Positions 1 to 13,233 of a DNA stretch of 32,000 nt are shown here, piece by piece. This DNA is from Butyricimonas paravirosa (GTDB taxonomy: Bacteria > Bacteroidota > Bacteroidia > Bacteroidales > Marinifilaceae). The DNA lies in the NCBI RefSeq assembly GCF_032878955.1, contig NZ_CP043839.1, positions 4,473,185 to 4,505,184 on the forward strand, read 5' to 3'. A program made the position numbers and the translations under genes. The stretch's first letter is position 1. Every line of letters begins with the position of its first letter. The notes below the pieces were generated by a model. That model was not told where the DNA came from and did no database searches. It worked only from the letters and a program-made list of their open reading frames with translations.

Positions 1-914
1 TGCGACGTTCTTTCATGCGTTATGCCGCTGTGTTATTACCGTTCGTGGCTTTGTTTGCTTGGTGGCTACTGAAGACGGGAGATGTGGAGTCAAGCGTGGA
101 GGTTACTGCTAATGAGGATGGTATTATGTTGTTTCTTTCTAACGGGGAGCGGGTGAACATTAGTCAGTTCGATTCGACTGGAGTACTGGAAAAGAACGGG
201 ATGAAAATTAGGATGACGGAGAAAAGGGATCAAATCGTGTACGAGAATCATGATGACATTTCCAAGGAATTAATTTATAATACATTGAGTGTTCCCGCCC
301 GTGCAGAATATTGTCTGACCCTAGAAGATGGTACAAAGGTGTGGTTGGCGGCAACCTCCCGGTTAAAGTATCCGGTTAATTTTGTGGGAACTTCTCGGGA
401 AGTGTATTTGGAAGGTGAAGCGTTTTTTGACGTGGCGAGGGATACGTCAAAACCTTTTATCGTAAATTGTGCCACTTTTTCGGTGAAAGCCTTGGGGACA
501 TCTTTTGATGTAAGTTGCTATAATGATGATGAATTTGGTTTGGCGACTCTTGCCTCGGGAAAGATTGAAGTAGCCCTTGGGGATCAGAAAAAAATATTGA
601 GTCCCGGGGAGCAAGCCTTGATTAAAGAACAATCCTTATCAGTGAAAGAGGTGAATATTTTGCCTTATACGTCTTGGATGGAAGATCGGCTTTACTTTTT
701 TAATGAAAAACTGGAGTCGATTATGAAACGGATGGCTCGTTGGTATGGAATTGAGGTGTGTTATGCGGACCTGGGCATTCGGGAATTACACTTTACAGGG
801 AATGTGCCCAAGTATACCGATATTGAAAAAGTATTTGATATACTGGAGTTCGCTACCCATTTGGATTTTTCTTTAGAAAAAGGTAAAGTACTCATTTCCC
901 GATCGAAGAAATAA
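1..914 (+). CDS. FecR-family anti-sigma factor, 5' end cut off by the window edge
   Basis: The reading frame is open back to the window start (RRSF precedes Met at 15). A hydrophobic TM helix (AAVLLPFVALFAWWLL) is followed by a periplasmic domain. Its motif LTLEDGTKVWLAATSRLKYP is mirrored in the second FecR at 31361 (LTLNDGTVVWLNSESELRYP). The gene lies directly upstream of a SusC that carries an STN signalling domain. Confidence 0.8.
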   Translation, partial: RRSFMRYAAVLLPFVALFAWWLLKTGDVESSVEVTANEDGIMLFLSNGERVNISQFDSTGVLEKNGMKIRMTEKRDQIVYENHDDISKELIYNTLSVPARAEYCLTLEDGTKVWLAATSRLKYPVNFVGTSREVYLEGEAFFDVARDTSKPFIVNCATFSVKALGTSFDVSCYNDDEFGLATLASGKIEVALGDQKKILSPGEQALIKEQSLSVKEVNILPYTSWMEDRLYFFNEKLESIMKRMARWYGIEVCYADLGIRELHFTGNVPKYTDIEKVFDILEFATHLDFSLEKGKVLISRSKK

Positions 915-1019
915 GGAATTTTTGAGTAAATAATGTGTGATATTGAACGTGAAAATGTTCAATAATGGGAATACTATATACTAATGTTTTTTAATCATAT
1001 AAATTAAAACCAATAACTT

Positions 1020-4000
1020 ATGATGAAAAAAGTTGTGATTCAATCGCGGAAATTCTTGTTTATTTTCGTGACTCTGTTGCTGGCTTACGGGACCATGCTA
1101 AGGGAAGAGGTTTCAGCCCAAACGCAACAAATGAGTGTTAAGTTTGAAAATATGTCTCTTTTGGATGCCTTGGGACATTTAAGCAAACAAACGGGTGGAA
1201 AGATATTATACAATCATGAGCGGATTGATAAATCCGTGAGGATTAATGTCGTATTGACGAACAAAGCTCTTCCTGATATCCTGAATAAATGTTTGCAAGG
1301 GACAAAGTACATGTACAAGGAAGTAGATGGGGTATATGTTATTTCCGAGAAAGAAGAGGTGGTTGTTCAAGAAAAGAAGGAGATTGTGGTGAAAGGAAAT
1401 GTAAAGGATGAGAGGGGTGAGCCCATGCCGGGTGCCACGATTATATTGAAAGGTACGACGATCGGTATAACCTCTAATGAGACGGGAGATTTTACATTAC
1501 TTCTGCCTGCTAAAGACTCGTTGATATTACTTGTTTCCTTTATCGGTTATGAAACACAGGAGATAAAAGTACAAGGTGACAAGAAACTGAATATACGGAT
1601 GAAGATCGAAACAAGTGCTTTGGAAGATGTGGTCGTTACAGGATATGCCAATATTGATAAAAAGAGCTTTACCGGAAATGCTGTTAGCGTGAGCAAAGAG
1701 GAATTACTGAAAGTTTCCAAGTCGAATGTGATCCAAGCGTTGCAAGTGTTTGACCCCTCCTTTAGAATTCGGGAAAATAATAAATGGGGATCAGACCCGA
1801 ATGCATTACCAGAGGTGAATATCCGGGGTACTTCCAGTACGGGAGTGAAGGCGTTGGATGCCGATCCGCTGGATAAATCGAATTTGAAGAATAATTCAAA
1901 TTTACCGACATTTATTATGGACGGCTTCGAAATTAGTGCGGAGAAGTTATACGATTTTGATCCCAATAGGATTCAAAACATTACAATTTTGAAGGATGCT
2001 GCTGCAACTGCGATTTACGGTTCTCGTGCTGCCAATGGGGTGGTGGTCATTACAACCGTGGCTCCGAAAGCCGGACAGTTGTCTGTAACGTATAGTTTGA
2101 CCGGAAAAGTTTCTACTCCTGATTTGAGTGATTATAATTTAATGAATGCCAGAGAATTGTTGGATACAGAAATTGCGGCAGGTTTTTATGAGGCAGAGAC
2201 TTTTCCCGAATTGTATTCTAAGCGGGAGGAATTGTTAGCTAAGGAGGCGAATATAGCGCGGGGAGTGAATACTTATTGGTTGTCGCAACCTTTACGTACA
2301 GAATTCAACACGCAGCATAGTTTGTACATGGAAGGAGGGGCTCAAGGTTTACGATATGGGATTGATTTTAGTTATCGGAATGATAAAGGGGTGATGAAAG
2401 AATCTTTCCGAAAGAGAATAGGGGGAGGATTTTCTATTAATTATCAAGTTAAAGGCTTGTCGGTGCGAAATTATATCTCTTATAGCGTGATGAATTCAGA
2501 GGATTCTCCATACGGTTCTTTTTCTAGTTATGCATCAGCATTGCCTTATGATCGTTATAAAGATGAAAATGGGGTAATTGCCCAAAATTTGCCTCAATGG
2601 CATAATAGATCCGGGATGACGACTGAGGATTTGGGACGGGTAAATCCATTGTACGAGTCAACTTTGAATAATTTCAGTGGATCAAAGTATGAGGAGTTAA
2701 TTGATAACTTTGGTGTGAATTGGATGTTTGCCGAGCATTTTCAGTTAAAGGGTGATTTTAGTGTGACCCGCCGTTTTTCTACGACAGAACGTTTCGTTGA
2801 TCCAAAGTCTTTACAAAATAAGAATGAATCATTGTCTGTAAATAATATGTCTTCTGGCTCGTATAATTTAAGTAAGAGTGAAGAACTTAGTTGGAATACC
2901 AATATTTTGTTTGCATATAATCAAATGGTGAATAGGCATAATATAAATTTGACTGCCGGGTTGAATATTATGGCAAATAAGAGTGAGGGGACTTCTAGTC
3001 AATATAAAGGTTTTCCGTCCGGCTCGTTGAATTCTATTAATTATGCAGAGGAAATATATGAAAAGCCGACTGCTAATGAGCGTTTGAGTAGAATGATTGG
3101 TTTTTTGGCTGGATTGAATTACACGTATAATAATATTTATTTGTTGGATGCTTCTTGTCGTTTTGACGGTTCTTCAGATTTTGGTAAGGATAAAAAGTTT
3201 GCTCCTTTCTGGTCGGCTGGACTCGGTATTAATATTCATAACTATGAATTCATGAAACAACAAGGTGTGTTGTCAACTTTAAAATTGCGGGCATCATACG
3301 GGGCCACGGGTAAAGTGAATTTTCCCCCGTATGTAGCGAAAACAACCTATGAGGTTTTAACTGATCAATGGTATCGTACGGGATTTGGTGCATTACTGAA
3401 AGCATTGGGTAATCCAGCTTTATCTTGGGAGAAAACGAAAACTTTTGATGCTGGATTCCAATTAGGTTTTATGCATGACCGTTTGTTTATCACGGGAAGT
3501 TGGTATCACAAGAAAACGACAGGTTTGATTACCACGGTAGCTATTCCGACATCCTCTGGTTTCAATGATTACTATGATAATATGGGTAATGTTTTGAATA
3601 AAGGTATTGAGTTGGATGTGAAGTACGAGATTGTAAGATGTCAGGATTGGAATTTCTCTGTCTATGGAAATTTGTCTCATAATAAAAACGAGATATTAGC
3701 GATCTCTGAAGCTTTAAAACGGTATAATGACCGGGTAAATCAGTATTACCAACGGAGTTCAAATTTGAAATCGTCTTCGGAAATTTTAACAAAATATGAA
3801 GAAGGAGGTTCTAATACAGCCAAATATGGTATGAAATCTTTAGGAATTGATCCGGCAAACGGTAAAGAGATGTTTTTAAAGAAAGATGGGACGATTACTT
3901 ATACTTGGTCTGGAGACGAGATGGTGATTATCGGTGATACAGAACCGGATGCTCAGGGGTCTTTCGGGTTTAATGTACGTTATAAAAATTTGTCATTGTT

Positions 4001-4403
4001 CGCTTCGTTTATGTATAAGTTTGGTGGCGATGCCTATAATTCTACTTTGGTGACGAAGGTTGAGAATGCTAAGATTTACGAGGAAAATGTGGATAAACGT
4101 GTTTTGAAACAAAGATGGCAGAAACCAGGAGACAACGCTAAATATAAGGATATTAGAAATCAAGATGGGTACACAAAACCGACATCTCGTTTTATGCAGA
4201 AGGATAATGAACTTAGTTTGAATTCTATTACATTAGGTTATGATTTGGATTCTAAATTCTTACGAAAATATAAATTTGGCTTGGTTCGTTTTGAATTAGG
4301 TGCAAATGAATTGTTCCGAATCTCAACGATCAAGCAAGAGCGGGGAACGGAGTTTCCTTATGCCCATTCGTATAATTTCTCTATTAAAATTAATTTCAAT
4401 TAA
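1020..4403 (+). CDS. SusC/RagA-family TonB-dependent outer-membrane transporter with N-terminal STN (trans-envelope signalling) domain
   Basis: 1127 aa with a signal peptide. The STN-like segment is MSVKFENMSLLDALGHLSKQTGGKILY...VDGVYVIS. The carboxypeptidase-regulatory-like segment is VKGNVKDERGEPMPGATIILKGT...FIGYETQEI. The plug motif is ITILKDAAATAIYGSRAANGVVVITT. The protein ends in a C-terminal beta-barrel with terminal F. Confidence 0.95.
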   Translation: MMKKVVIQSRKFLFIFVTLLLAYGTMLREEVSAQTQQMSVKFENMSLLDALGHLSKQTGGKILYNHERIDKSVRINVVLTNKALPDILNKCLQGTKYMYKEVDGVYVISEKEEVVVQEKKEIVVKGNVKDERGEPMPGATIILKGTTIGITSNETGDFTLLLPAKDSLILLVSFIGYETQEIKVQGDKKLNIRMKIETSALEDVVVTGYANIDKKSFTGNAVSVSKEELLKVSKSNVIQALQVFDPSFRIRENNKWGSDPNALPEVNIRGTSSTGVKALDADPLDKSNLKNNSNLPTFIMDGFEISAEKLYDFDPNRIQNITILKDAAATAIYGSRAANGVVVITTVAPKAGQLSVTYSLTGKVSTPDLSDYNLMNARELLDTEIAAGFYEAETFPELYSKREELLAKEANIARGVNTYWLSQPLRTEFNTQHSLYMEGGAQGLRYGIDFSYRNDKGVMKESFRKRIGGGFSINYQVKGLSVRNYISYSVMNSEDSPYGSFSSYASALPYDRYKDENGVIAQNLPQWHNRSGMTTEDLGRVNPLYESTLNNFSGSKYEELIDNFGVNWMFAEHFQLKGDFSVTRRFSTTERFVDPKSLQNKNESLSVNNMSSGSYNLSKSEELSWNTNILFAYNQMVNRHNINLTAGLNIMANKSEGTSSQYKGFPSGSLNSINYAEEIYEKPTANERLSRMIGFLAGLNYTYNNIYLLDASCRFDGSSDFGKDKKFAPFWSAGLGINIHNYEFMKQQGVLSTLKLRASYGATGKVNFPPYVAKTTYEVLTDQWYRTGFGALLKALGNPALSWEKTKTFDAGFQLGFMHDRLFITGSWYHKKTTGLITTVAIPTSSGFNDYYDNMGNVLNKGIELDVKYEIVRCQDWNFSVYGNLSHNKNEILAISEALKRYNDRVNQYYQRSSNLKSSSEILTKYEEGGSNTAKYGMKSLGIDPANGKEMFLKKDGTITYTWSGDEMVIIGDTEPDAQGSFGFNVRYKNLSLFASFMYKFGGDAYNSTLVTKVENAKIYEENVDKRVLKQRWQKPGDNAKYKDIRNQDGYTKPTSRFMQKDNELSLNSITLGYDLDSKFLRKYKFGLVRFELGANELFRISTIKQERGTEFPYAHSYNFSIKINFN

Positions 4404-4407
4404 TGCG

Positions 4408-5871
4408 ATGAGTATGAAAAACAAAATATTGTTACTATTGTTTTTACCGCTATTGTTTGGATGCAATGGCTGGTTGAATGTCACTCCGCAATCGGAAGTT
4501 GATGAAGAAGACCTTTTTGCAGACGGGGAAGGGTATCGTAATTCGTTGAACGGCGTTTATTCCCGGATTTCGGAATCGGATATGTATGCTCAACAATTGA
4601 CTTGGGGATTTATGGATGTGCTGGCTCAATATTATAATTTTGACAAAATGAATCAATATGGAGCTTATCCTAAAGCTTACAAAGGTGATTACGATAATAA
4701 TGAGGTCAAAGGGATTTTAGAGAATATTTGGCAGGGGGCTTACAAGTCAATAGCAAATTGTAATAATTTGATTCAGAATATAGATAAGGAGGATGTTACA
4801 AAATTTTTGGGGCGTGAGGGAGAAAAGAATATGGTGAAGGGAGAAGCTTTGGCTTTACGGGCTTTTTTGCACTTTGATTTATTACGCTTGTTTGCTCCCG
4901 TGGCTGTTGAACTAAATGGGGATAAAACGGGATACGTGCCTGTTAATGATAATAACGAGTATCTTCCTTATTGTGAGACTCATCCTGCAGTGTTCCAGAA
5001 ACGGGAGAATGTGCAAGATTATTTGGACAAAGTTATTCGGGATTTAAAAGATGCCAAAACTTTATTGGCTACGTTTGATACTGTTTCTTCTGTGAGAAAA
5101 GATCAATTAAGAACAACTAATCGTTTATTGGGAACTGCAGGAGCGGTAGAGGATTTATTCTATTGTTTCCGGGGGTTCCGGATGAATTACTATGCGGCAA
5201 CCGCAATGTTGGCTCGTGTATATAATTATAAAGGCGAGCTGCAATTAGCGGCAGAACAAGCTCAGGAAGTGATAGATAACGGGTCTTTTCCGGTTAAGGG
5301 AGATTATGCTAAGCCCAAGCAATATGAGGATGTTATATTTGCATTGAGTAATCGGAAATTGACAGAACTTTTTGAGGCTTACTATACCGGAACCAATAAG
5401 GTGTTATGCGTGTCGAATACGGCGCTAAATAAGATATTGGGATCCGATACTTATGATTATCGTGGGTATTATCATATGCAAAATTTGGATGGAGCGAATA
5501 AAGTGAGTAAAAAGTATCTTCCTGTAAGTTCTGATCAAGGAACGATCCCTAATGAAATCATCCCGATTATTCGTACAAGTGAGATGCAGTATATTGCGGG
5601 AGAGTATTATGCCTCTATTAAAGATTATGCGACGGCAGCTTCTCGTATCACGGTGGTAAAGCAGGCATCGGGTGCCTATACCCCGGTAACGGTACAAAGT
5701 CTTGAGGATTACCATAAGACATGGATAAATGATGCTTACCGTACGTTTATCGGTGAAGGACAGTTATTTTTCTTGTATAAGAAGTTGGGGACAGAATTTT
5801 ATTCGGGAATGAAGGATGGGGCGTTTGTTTTCGAAATTCCGGATAGTGAAGATGTAACTTTAAATCAATAG
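4408..5871 (+). CDS. SusD/RagB-family nutrient-binding outer-membrane lipoprotein
   Basis: It begins immediately after the SusC stop (4401-4403). I trimmed the start to ATG 4408 (or 4414), which gives the lipoprotein signal MSMKNKILLLLFLPLLFGC. Typical SusD motifs are present: ALALRAFLHFDLLRLFAP, RMNYYAATAMLARVY and FIGEGQLFFLYKK. Confidence 0.9.
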   Translation: MSMKNKILLLLFLPLLFGCNGWLNVTPQSEVDEEDLFADGEGYRNSLNGVYSRISESDMYAQQLTWGFMDVLAQYYNFDKMNQYGAYPKAYKGDYDNNEVKGILENIWQGAYKSIANCNNLIQNIDKEDVTKFLGREGEKNMVKGEALALRAFLHFDLLRLFAPVAVELNGDKTGYVPVNDNNEYLPYCETHPAVFQKRENVQDYLDKVIRDLKDAKTLLATFDTVSSVRKDQLRTTNRLLGTAGAVEDLFYCFRGFRMNYYAATAMLARVYNYKGELQLAAEQAQEVIDNGSFPVKGDYAKPKQYEDVIFALSNRKLTELFEAYYTGTNKVLCVSNTALNKILGSDTYDYRGYYHMQNLDGANKVSKKYLPVSSDQGTIPNEIIPIIRTSEMQYIAGEYYASIKDYATAASRITVVKQASGAYTPVTVQSLEDYHKTWINDAYRTFIGEGQLFFLYKKLGTEFYSGMKDGAFVFEIPDSEDVTLNQ

Positions 5872-5878
5872 AAAAATA

Positions 5879-6610
5879 ATGGTCACCAAAAATATAAAGA
5901 TTATGAAAGGACAGTTTCTCTTTTTATTTCTTCTTTTGGCCGTTTTCGGATGTAAGGAAGATGAGTTCGATACATATAGTAGTGTTAATTATTTGAGTTT
6001 TTATAATAATCCGGCTACGGATAGCATCGTGGAAACCTTCTTCTTTCATCAGGGGAAGGATGCGATTGAAGTTCCCGTGAAATTTAATTTGGGAGGCCAG
6101 TTATTGACCGAGGATTGCCCGATCAAGTTGTGTGTGGTGGATTCTTTGTCGGGATTGTTGAAAGATGGGAAGGTGGTATCTCCGCTTTCAGATGCGGATT
6201 TTGCATTTCCGGATGAGATGGTTTTTCATAAAGGTATGAATGTCGATTCGGTGTTTGTAGTATTGAAGAAAACGGCTCAATTGGAGGATGCTTATTGTCG
6301 GGTTGTATTACAAATTGAGCCGAATGAATTTTTTGAAGTAGGTGAAACTGTTTATAGCCAAGCAAAGATATACTTTACTTCAGCGATTTCAATTCCAGGA
6401 TGGTGGGATGAGACGGTTGATAAATATTATTTAGGTGGATTTACACCCAGGAAATACGAGATTTTTTGTCGGGAAGTGGGTGTGACTGATCTGACGGGTG
6501 TTGAGGAAAAATATATACGGGAGTATGCCTTGAAGTTTAAGCGTTATTTGGAGGCTCATCCGGAATACGAGGATGATGGAACTAGAATAACAGTGACAGT
6601 AATCGGTTAA
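5879..6610 (+). CDS. DUF4843-like PUL accessory lipoprotein
   Basis: ~240 aa with a lipobox (LLAVFGC, probable true start Met 5903). It occupies the third position after SusC/SusD and precedes a PKD-like lipoprotein. This matches the recurrent Bacteroidota SusC-SusD-DUF4843-PKD-like arrangement. The family call rests on size, position and pattern, not on a search. Confidence 0.6.
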   Translation: MVTKNIKIMKGQFLFLFLLLAVFGCKEDEFDTYSSVNYLSFYNNPATDSIVETFFFHQGKDAIEVPVKFNLGGQLLTEDCPIKLCVVDSLSGLLKDGKVVSPLSDADFAFPDEMVFHKGMNVDSVFVVLKKTAQLEDAYCRVVLQIEPNEFFEVGETVYSQAKIYFTSAISIPGWWDETVDKYYLGGFTPRKYEIFCREVGVTDLTGVEEKYIREYALKFKRYLEAHPEYEDDGTRITVTVIG

Positions 6611-6612
6611 TA

Positions 6613-8145
6613 ATGAATGTTATGAAAAAGATATTGATATTGTGTCTTGTGATGGCTTGGAGCATAACAGGATGTTACGAAGATAAAGGTGATTATGATT
6701 ATCGTAATTTGGCAGAAGGTACAATCGGAAATGTAAATGGATCATACCATGTGTCTGTTGGAGATACGTTGATTATTGAGCCGGAGATCGTGTTCGATTT
6801 GGAAACGAAAGTTGGGTTAAAGTACGAATGGTCCGTGGAGCTTGATTCTGTGTTTTCCCGGGAGAAAAATATAGAATATATTATTCCCCTGGATGCTCCG
6901 GAGCAGATGAAATGGGTGTTGCAGGTAACTGATACATTGAGTGGATTAACTTTTATGACCCAGACGATGGTAAGGGTTAGTTCACTTTATTCCGATGGTT
7001 TTTTGATTTTATCAGAAAAAAATGGTGTGTCATCATTAAGTTTTTTAAAAAGAGTGAAAGGGGAGTGGGCTCGGTGTATCTATGATATTTATGAAGGTAT
7101 TGAAGGCGTTTCTTTGGATGGGAAGCCTGTACAGATTCATCTGCATGATTTAGGAAATCAGACAGACGAACATATTATGCTATTGCAGGATGATTTTTAT
7201 AAATGTCTTGACTTGGATGGTGCGAATTTGGAAAAATCTTTGGAATTGTCGAAAGAATTTCAAGTGATCCCGGAGAACGTGAGACCTAAGCAAGTATTCT
7301 TTGATGATTGGTATAGTTTTTTGCTGGCCGAGGACGGACGGGTATTCGGGCGTAAGAATTTTAGTTCAGAAGCTTTCCATACGGGATATTTTTCGCAATA
7401 TCCGATGGTGTATATGGAACCTGATGCTGTGGGTGAAGAGGTTGCTCATCAATTGAATGCAGATCGTTTCGTGTATGATATGAATACAGAAAATGGGTAC
7501 GTGTTCGTGTATGAAAAAGAGAGAAAACGATTCTTGTATATCCGGGGGGCTTCCAGCTATGGAACTATTGGAGAGCCGAAATGTGCTGGTTATCCGAATG
7601 GATTTATTCCCATGGATAACTTGGGTAATAATGAGTTAATAGCAACAAGCGGGTATTGGTGGAATGACTATTATATTCCGGCTGGCGGGTTGTATAATAT
7701 CATCAAACGTGCGGATGGAACTTACGTGGGACAAATGTTGTTAACGGATGACCCTGAAGATATTGTGGCAGAGTCTCAACGGGAATTTAAGGGGGATATG
7801 ATGAATGACAATATTTTATTGTTGATTCCGGATAATGGTAGAGGCCGGGGATTTGGTTGTCCGTATGCTTTCATTGCTTCCGGTAATGTTTTGTATTATT
7901 TTGGAAAAGATGCGGAGGGTGAGATTGTGCCGGAACGGTATTATAGTTTTCCGGCAGAAATTAAGGCGATGGAGGATGAATTCTATGCTAATGAATATTT
8001 GTGTGTTGGATTGGCTAATGGTGCAGTTTACCTCTTGAAGATTAATTCAGAGGGATTTGCGTCGGACGAGGCGGGACGTTTGGTCATGAAGATGGATCAA
8101 AATGTTGGTATGGTAAAACAGATTATTCATAAAGCAGCGGAATAG
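6613..8145 (+). CDS. PKD-like family surface lipoprotein (PUL accessory)
   Basis: 510 aa with lipobox WSITGC followed by YEDKGDYDYRNL. This matches the N-terminus of its paralogue at 28610 (CFDDKGNYDYHEV). It sits in the fourth gene position of the PUL. Confidence 0.6.
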   Translation: MNVMKKILILCLVMAWSITGCYEDKGDYDYRNLAEGTIGNVNGSYHVSVGDTLIIEPEIVFDLETKVGLKYEWSVELDSVFSREKNIEYIIPLDAPEQMKWVLQVTDTLSGLTFMTQTMVRVSSLYSDGFLILSEKNGVSSLSFLKRVKGEWARCIYDIYEGIEGVSLDGKPVQIHLHDLGNQTDEHIMLLQDDFYKCLDLDGANLEKSLELSKEFQVIPENVRPKQVFFDDWYSFLLAEDGRVFGRKNFSSEAFHTGYFSQYPMVYMEPDAVGEEVAHQLNADRFVYDMNTENGYVFVYEKERKRFLYIRGASSYGTIGEPKCAGYPNGFIPMDNLGNNELIATSGYWWNDYYIPAGGLYNIIKRADGTYVGQMLLTDDPEDIVAESQREFKGDMMNDNILLLIPDNGRGRGFGCPYAFIASGNVLYYFGKDAEGEIVPERYYSFPAEIKAMEDEFYANEYLCVGLANGAVYLLKINSEGFASDEAGRLVMKMDQNVGMVKQIIHKAAE

Positions 8146-8146
8146 T

Positions 8147-10123
8147 ATGAAATATATATGGCTTTTTGTAATCCTTCTGTGCGGGTGTGCAGGACAATCG
8201 TTTTTAAATGTACAAGCTGACTATCGTAATGTACTGAATATATCTAACTGGCCTCAAGGCATCAGAGAAGGAGTTTCTCTTTTCTCCGATTTGGGGGCAT
8301 GGCATGGATTTGCCTTTATTCCGGATAGTGTCGGAATGGCAGGAGGTTTTTCCGGTCCCATGTCTATGGCATCCAATTATGCCGTGGGCTCTTATACTGC
8401 GGTTGCATCAGTGGTTGTTGACGGAGTATTACAGGAAGTTACGAATGCTATTGTTGAAAAAAGTTATTTTCCGGGTCGGATGATTCAGTCCTTTACCTGG
8501 GAGACTCTAACCTTGACACAGGAGATTGTTTTTGTAAACAATCGGACTTCTTTGTTGCGGACTCGGGTCCGCAACACGGGAGGTCCCAAAGAGGTTAAGA
8601 TTATTTATGAGGGGAGCTTTTTTACTCAATATTTCCAAGGTCAGGTTATTGACGGACGGACGGTGTATTTGGAGTTTCCCGCAACGAAATGTTGTTTTGA
8701 AATAGAGGCGGGTGAAGGCTGTCATGCGGTAGTTCGGGATGGAAAGTATCGTTTTGAAACGGAGGTGCGAAAATTCGGGCGAGGTGAGGAACGGGAGGAT
8801 ATGTTTGTTTATTCCGCTTATTTTAATGATGAACCAGAACACGTGAAGCATCCGGTATTGGAGGAAAATCCTTTCGAGGAGAGTGAACCATTTTTTGAAA
8901 TGGCCGCTCAACGATGGGAGCGCTATATTGAAAAGTTGTTTGAAAATAAGTCGGAATTATTTACTAATTTGAAATACAGAAGAATAGCAGTCAAGTGCTT
9001 GATGACGTTGATGGCGAATTGGCGGAGTGCTGCACATGATTTATTGCATGATGGAGGTTATCCTTCTTATTGGGGATTCAGTACGGGATTCTGGTCATGG
9101 GATTCTTGGAAGATTGCTGCGGCGATCGGGCGTTGGGAACCGGAGTTGGCTAAAGATCATATTCGGGCTTTGTTTGATTACCAAACAGAAGAAGGTATGA
9201 TTCCGGATTTTGTCAGCCGGATAAAGTATATTAATAATTTGCGGGACACGAAACCCCCTCTGGCTTCATGGGCCGTGGAGGAAATTTATGATGCGGACGG
9301 GGATTTGTCCTTTGTCGAGGAGATGTTTGATCGGTTGTTGAGGTATCATAATTGGTGGTATGCTTATCGGGATGTTGATCAGAACGGACTGTGTGAGTAC
9401 GGGGCAACGGACGGGACTTTGCAGGCTGCGGCTTGGGAAAGCGGGATGGATAATGCTGTGCGTTTTGATAGTACAGAGATGTTGAAGGGTGAGTTACCGA
9501 AAGCTTGGTCTATGAGTCAGGAAAGTGTGGATTTGAATACTTACTTGTATGATGAAAAGATGACGCTTGCCCGCTTTGCCCGCTTGCTAAACCGGGAAGA
9601 GTTTGCTAATCAGTTGGAAAAAGATGCGGGTATTCTGGCCGACAGGATTCGACAAATCATGTTCGATGATGAGAATGGATATTTCTTTGATGTTCGGTTA
9701 AAATCACACGCTCTTATTCCGGTTTACGGACCGGAGGGTTGGTTACCTCTTTGGGCCGGAGTAGCAAACCAAAAACAAGCGGATCAGGTGAGAAATATTA
9801 TGATGGATGTGAATCGGTTCAATTCCTTTGTGCCTTTGGGAACCTTGGATCTAAGTCATCCCCGCCTGGAACCGGAACGAGGTTATTGGAGGGGACCGGT
9901 TTGGTTGGATCAGGCGTATTTCGGTATTCGGGGGTTGAGAAATTACGGGTATGATAAAGAGGCAAATGAATTGACATTAAAAATATTAAATAATTGCCAG
10001 GGGTTGCTGGGGGATCAACCTATTCATGAAAATTATAACCCCTTGACCGGAGAGACCTTGAATGCTCCGCATTTTGGTTGGTCTTCAGCACATTTGTTAT
10101 TAATGATGTTTGAATATAAATAA
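8147..10123 (+). CDS. (alpha/alpha)6-barrel glycoside hydrolase, GH63 / MGH1 / trehalase-like
   Basis: 658 aa with a lipoprotein signal (ILLCGC). Motifs recalling YgjK/GH63-type six-hairpin glycosidases are GFWSWDSWKIAAA, EEGMIPDF, GMDNAVRFD, GPVWLDQAYF and the C-terminal ENYNPLTGE...FGWSSAHLLLM. Its start lies 1 nt after the previous stop. Confidence 0.6.
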   Translation: MKYIWLFVILLCGCAGQSFLNVQADYRNVLNISNWPQGIREGVSLFSDLGAWHGFAFIPDSVGMAGGFSGPMSMASNYAVGSYTAVASVVVDGVLQEVTNAIVEKSYFPGRMIQSFTWETLTLTQEIVFVNNRTSLLRTRVRNTGGPKEVKIIYEGSFFTQYFQGQVIDGRTVYLEFPATKCCFEIEAGEGCHAVVRDGKYRFETEVRKFGRGEEREDMFVYSAYFNDEPEHVKHPVLEENPFEESEPFFEMAAQRWERYIEKLFENKSELFTNLKYRRIAVKCLMTLMANWRSAAHDLLHDGGYPSYWGFSTGFWSWDSWKIAAAIGRWEPELAKDHIRALFDYQTEEGMIPDFVSRIKYINNLRDTKPPLASWAVEEIYDADGDLSFVEEMFDRLLRYHNWWYAYRDVDQNGLCEYGATDGTLQAAAWESGMDNAVRFDSTEMLKGELPKAWSMSQESVDLNTYLYDEKMTLARFARLLNREEFANQLEKDAGILADRIRQIMFDDENGYFFDVRLKSHALIPVYGPEGWLPLWAGVANQKQADQVRNIMMDVNRFNSFVPLGTLDLSHPRLEPERGYWRGPVWLDQAYFGIRGLRNYGYDKEANELTLKILNNCQGLLGDQPIHENYNPLTGETLNAPHFGWSSAHLLLMMFEYK

Positions 10124-13222
<3,099 letters not shown>

Positions 13223-13233
13223 ATAGTTCGAGT

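Noticed and set aside
942-963. Hairpin ATTGAACgtgaaaatGTTCAAT between FecR-1 and SusC-1, considered as a possible terminator
   Set aside because: It is not followed by a T-run, and it sits where the ECF-dependent SusC promoter is expected. I cannot support either a terminator or a specific promoter call from the sequence alone.
1547-1966. 139-aa minus-strand ORF inside SusC-1, plus other short antisense or alternate-frame ORFs inside annotated genes (e.g. 8507-8911, 10476-10841, 11150-11587, 12560-12901, 15021-15305, 18687-19008)
   Set aside because: All lie nested within genes with strong family motifs and show no recognisable domains. They are treated as chance ORFs.
4300-4407. N-terminal 36-codon extension of the SusD-1 ORF overlapping the SusC-1 3' end
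   Set aside because: The extension has no signal-peptide character. A canonical lipoprotein signal starts at Met 4408/4414, immediately after the SusC stop, so the upstream part is an ORF-calling artefact.
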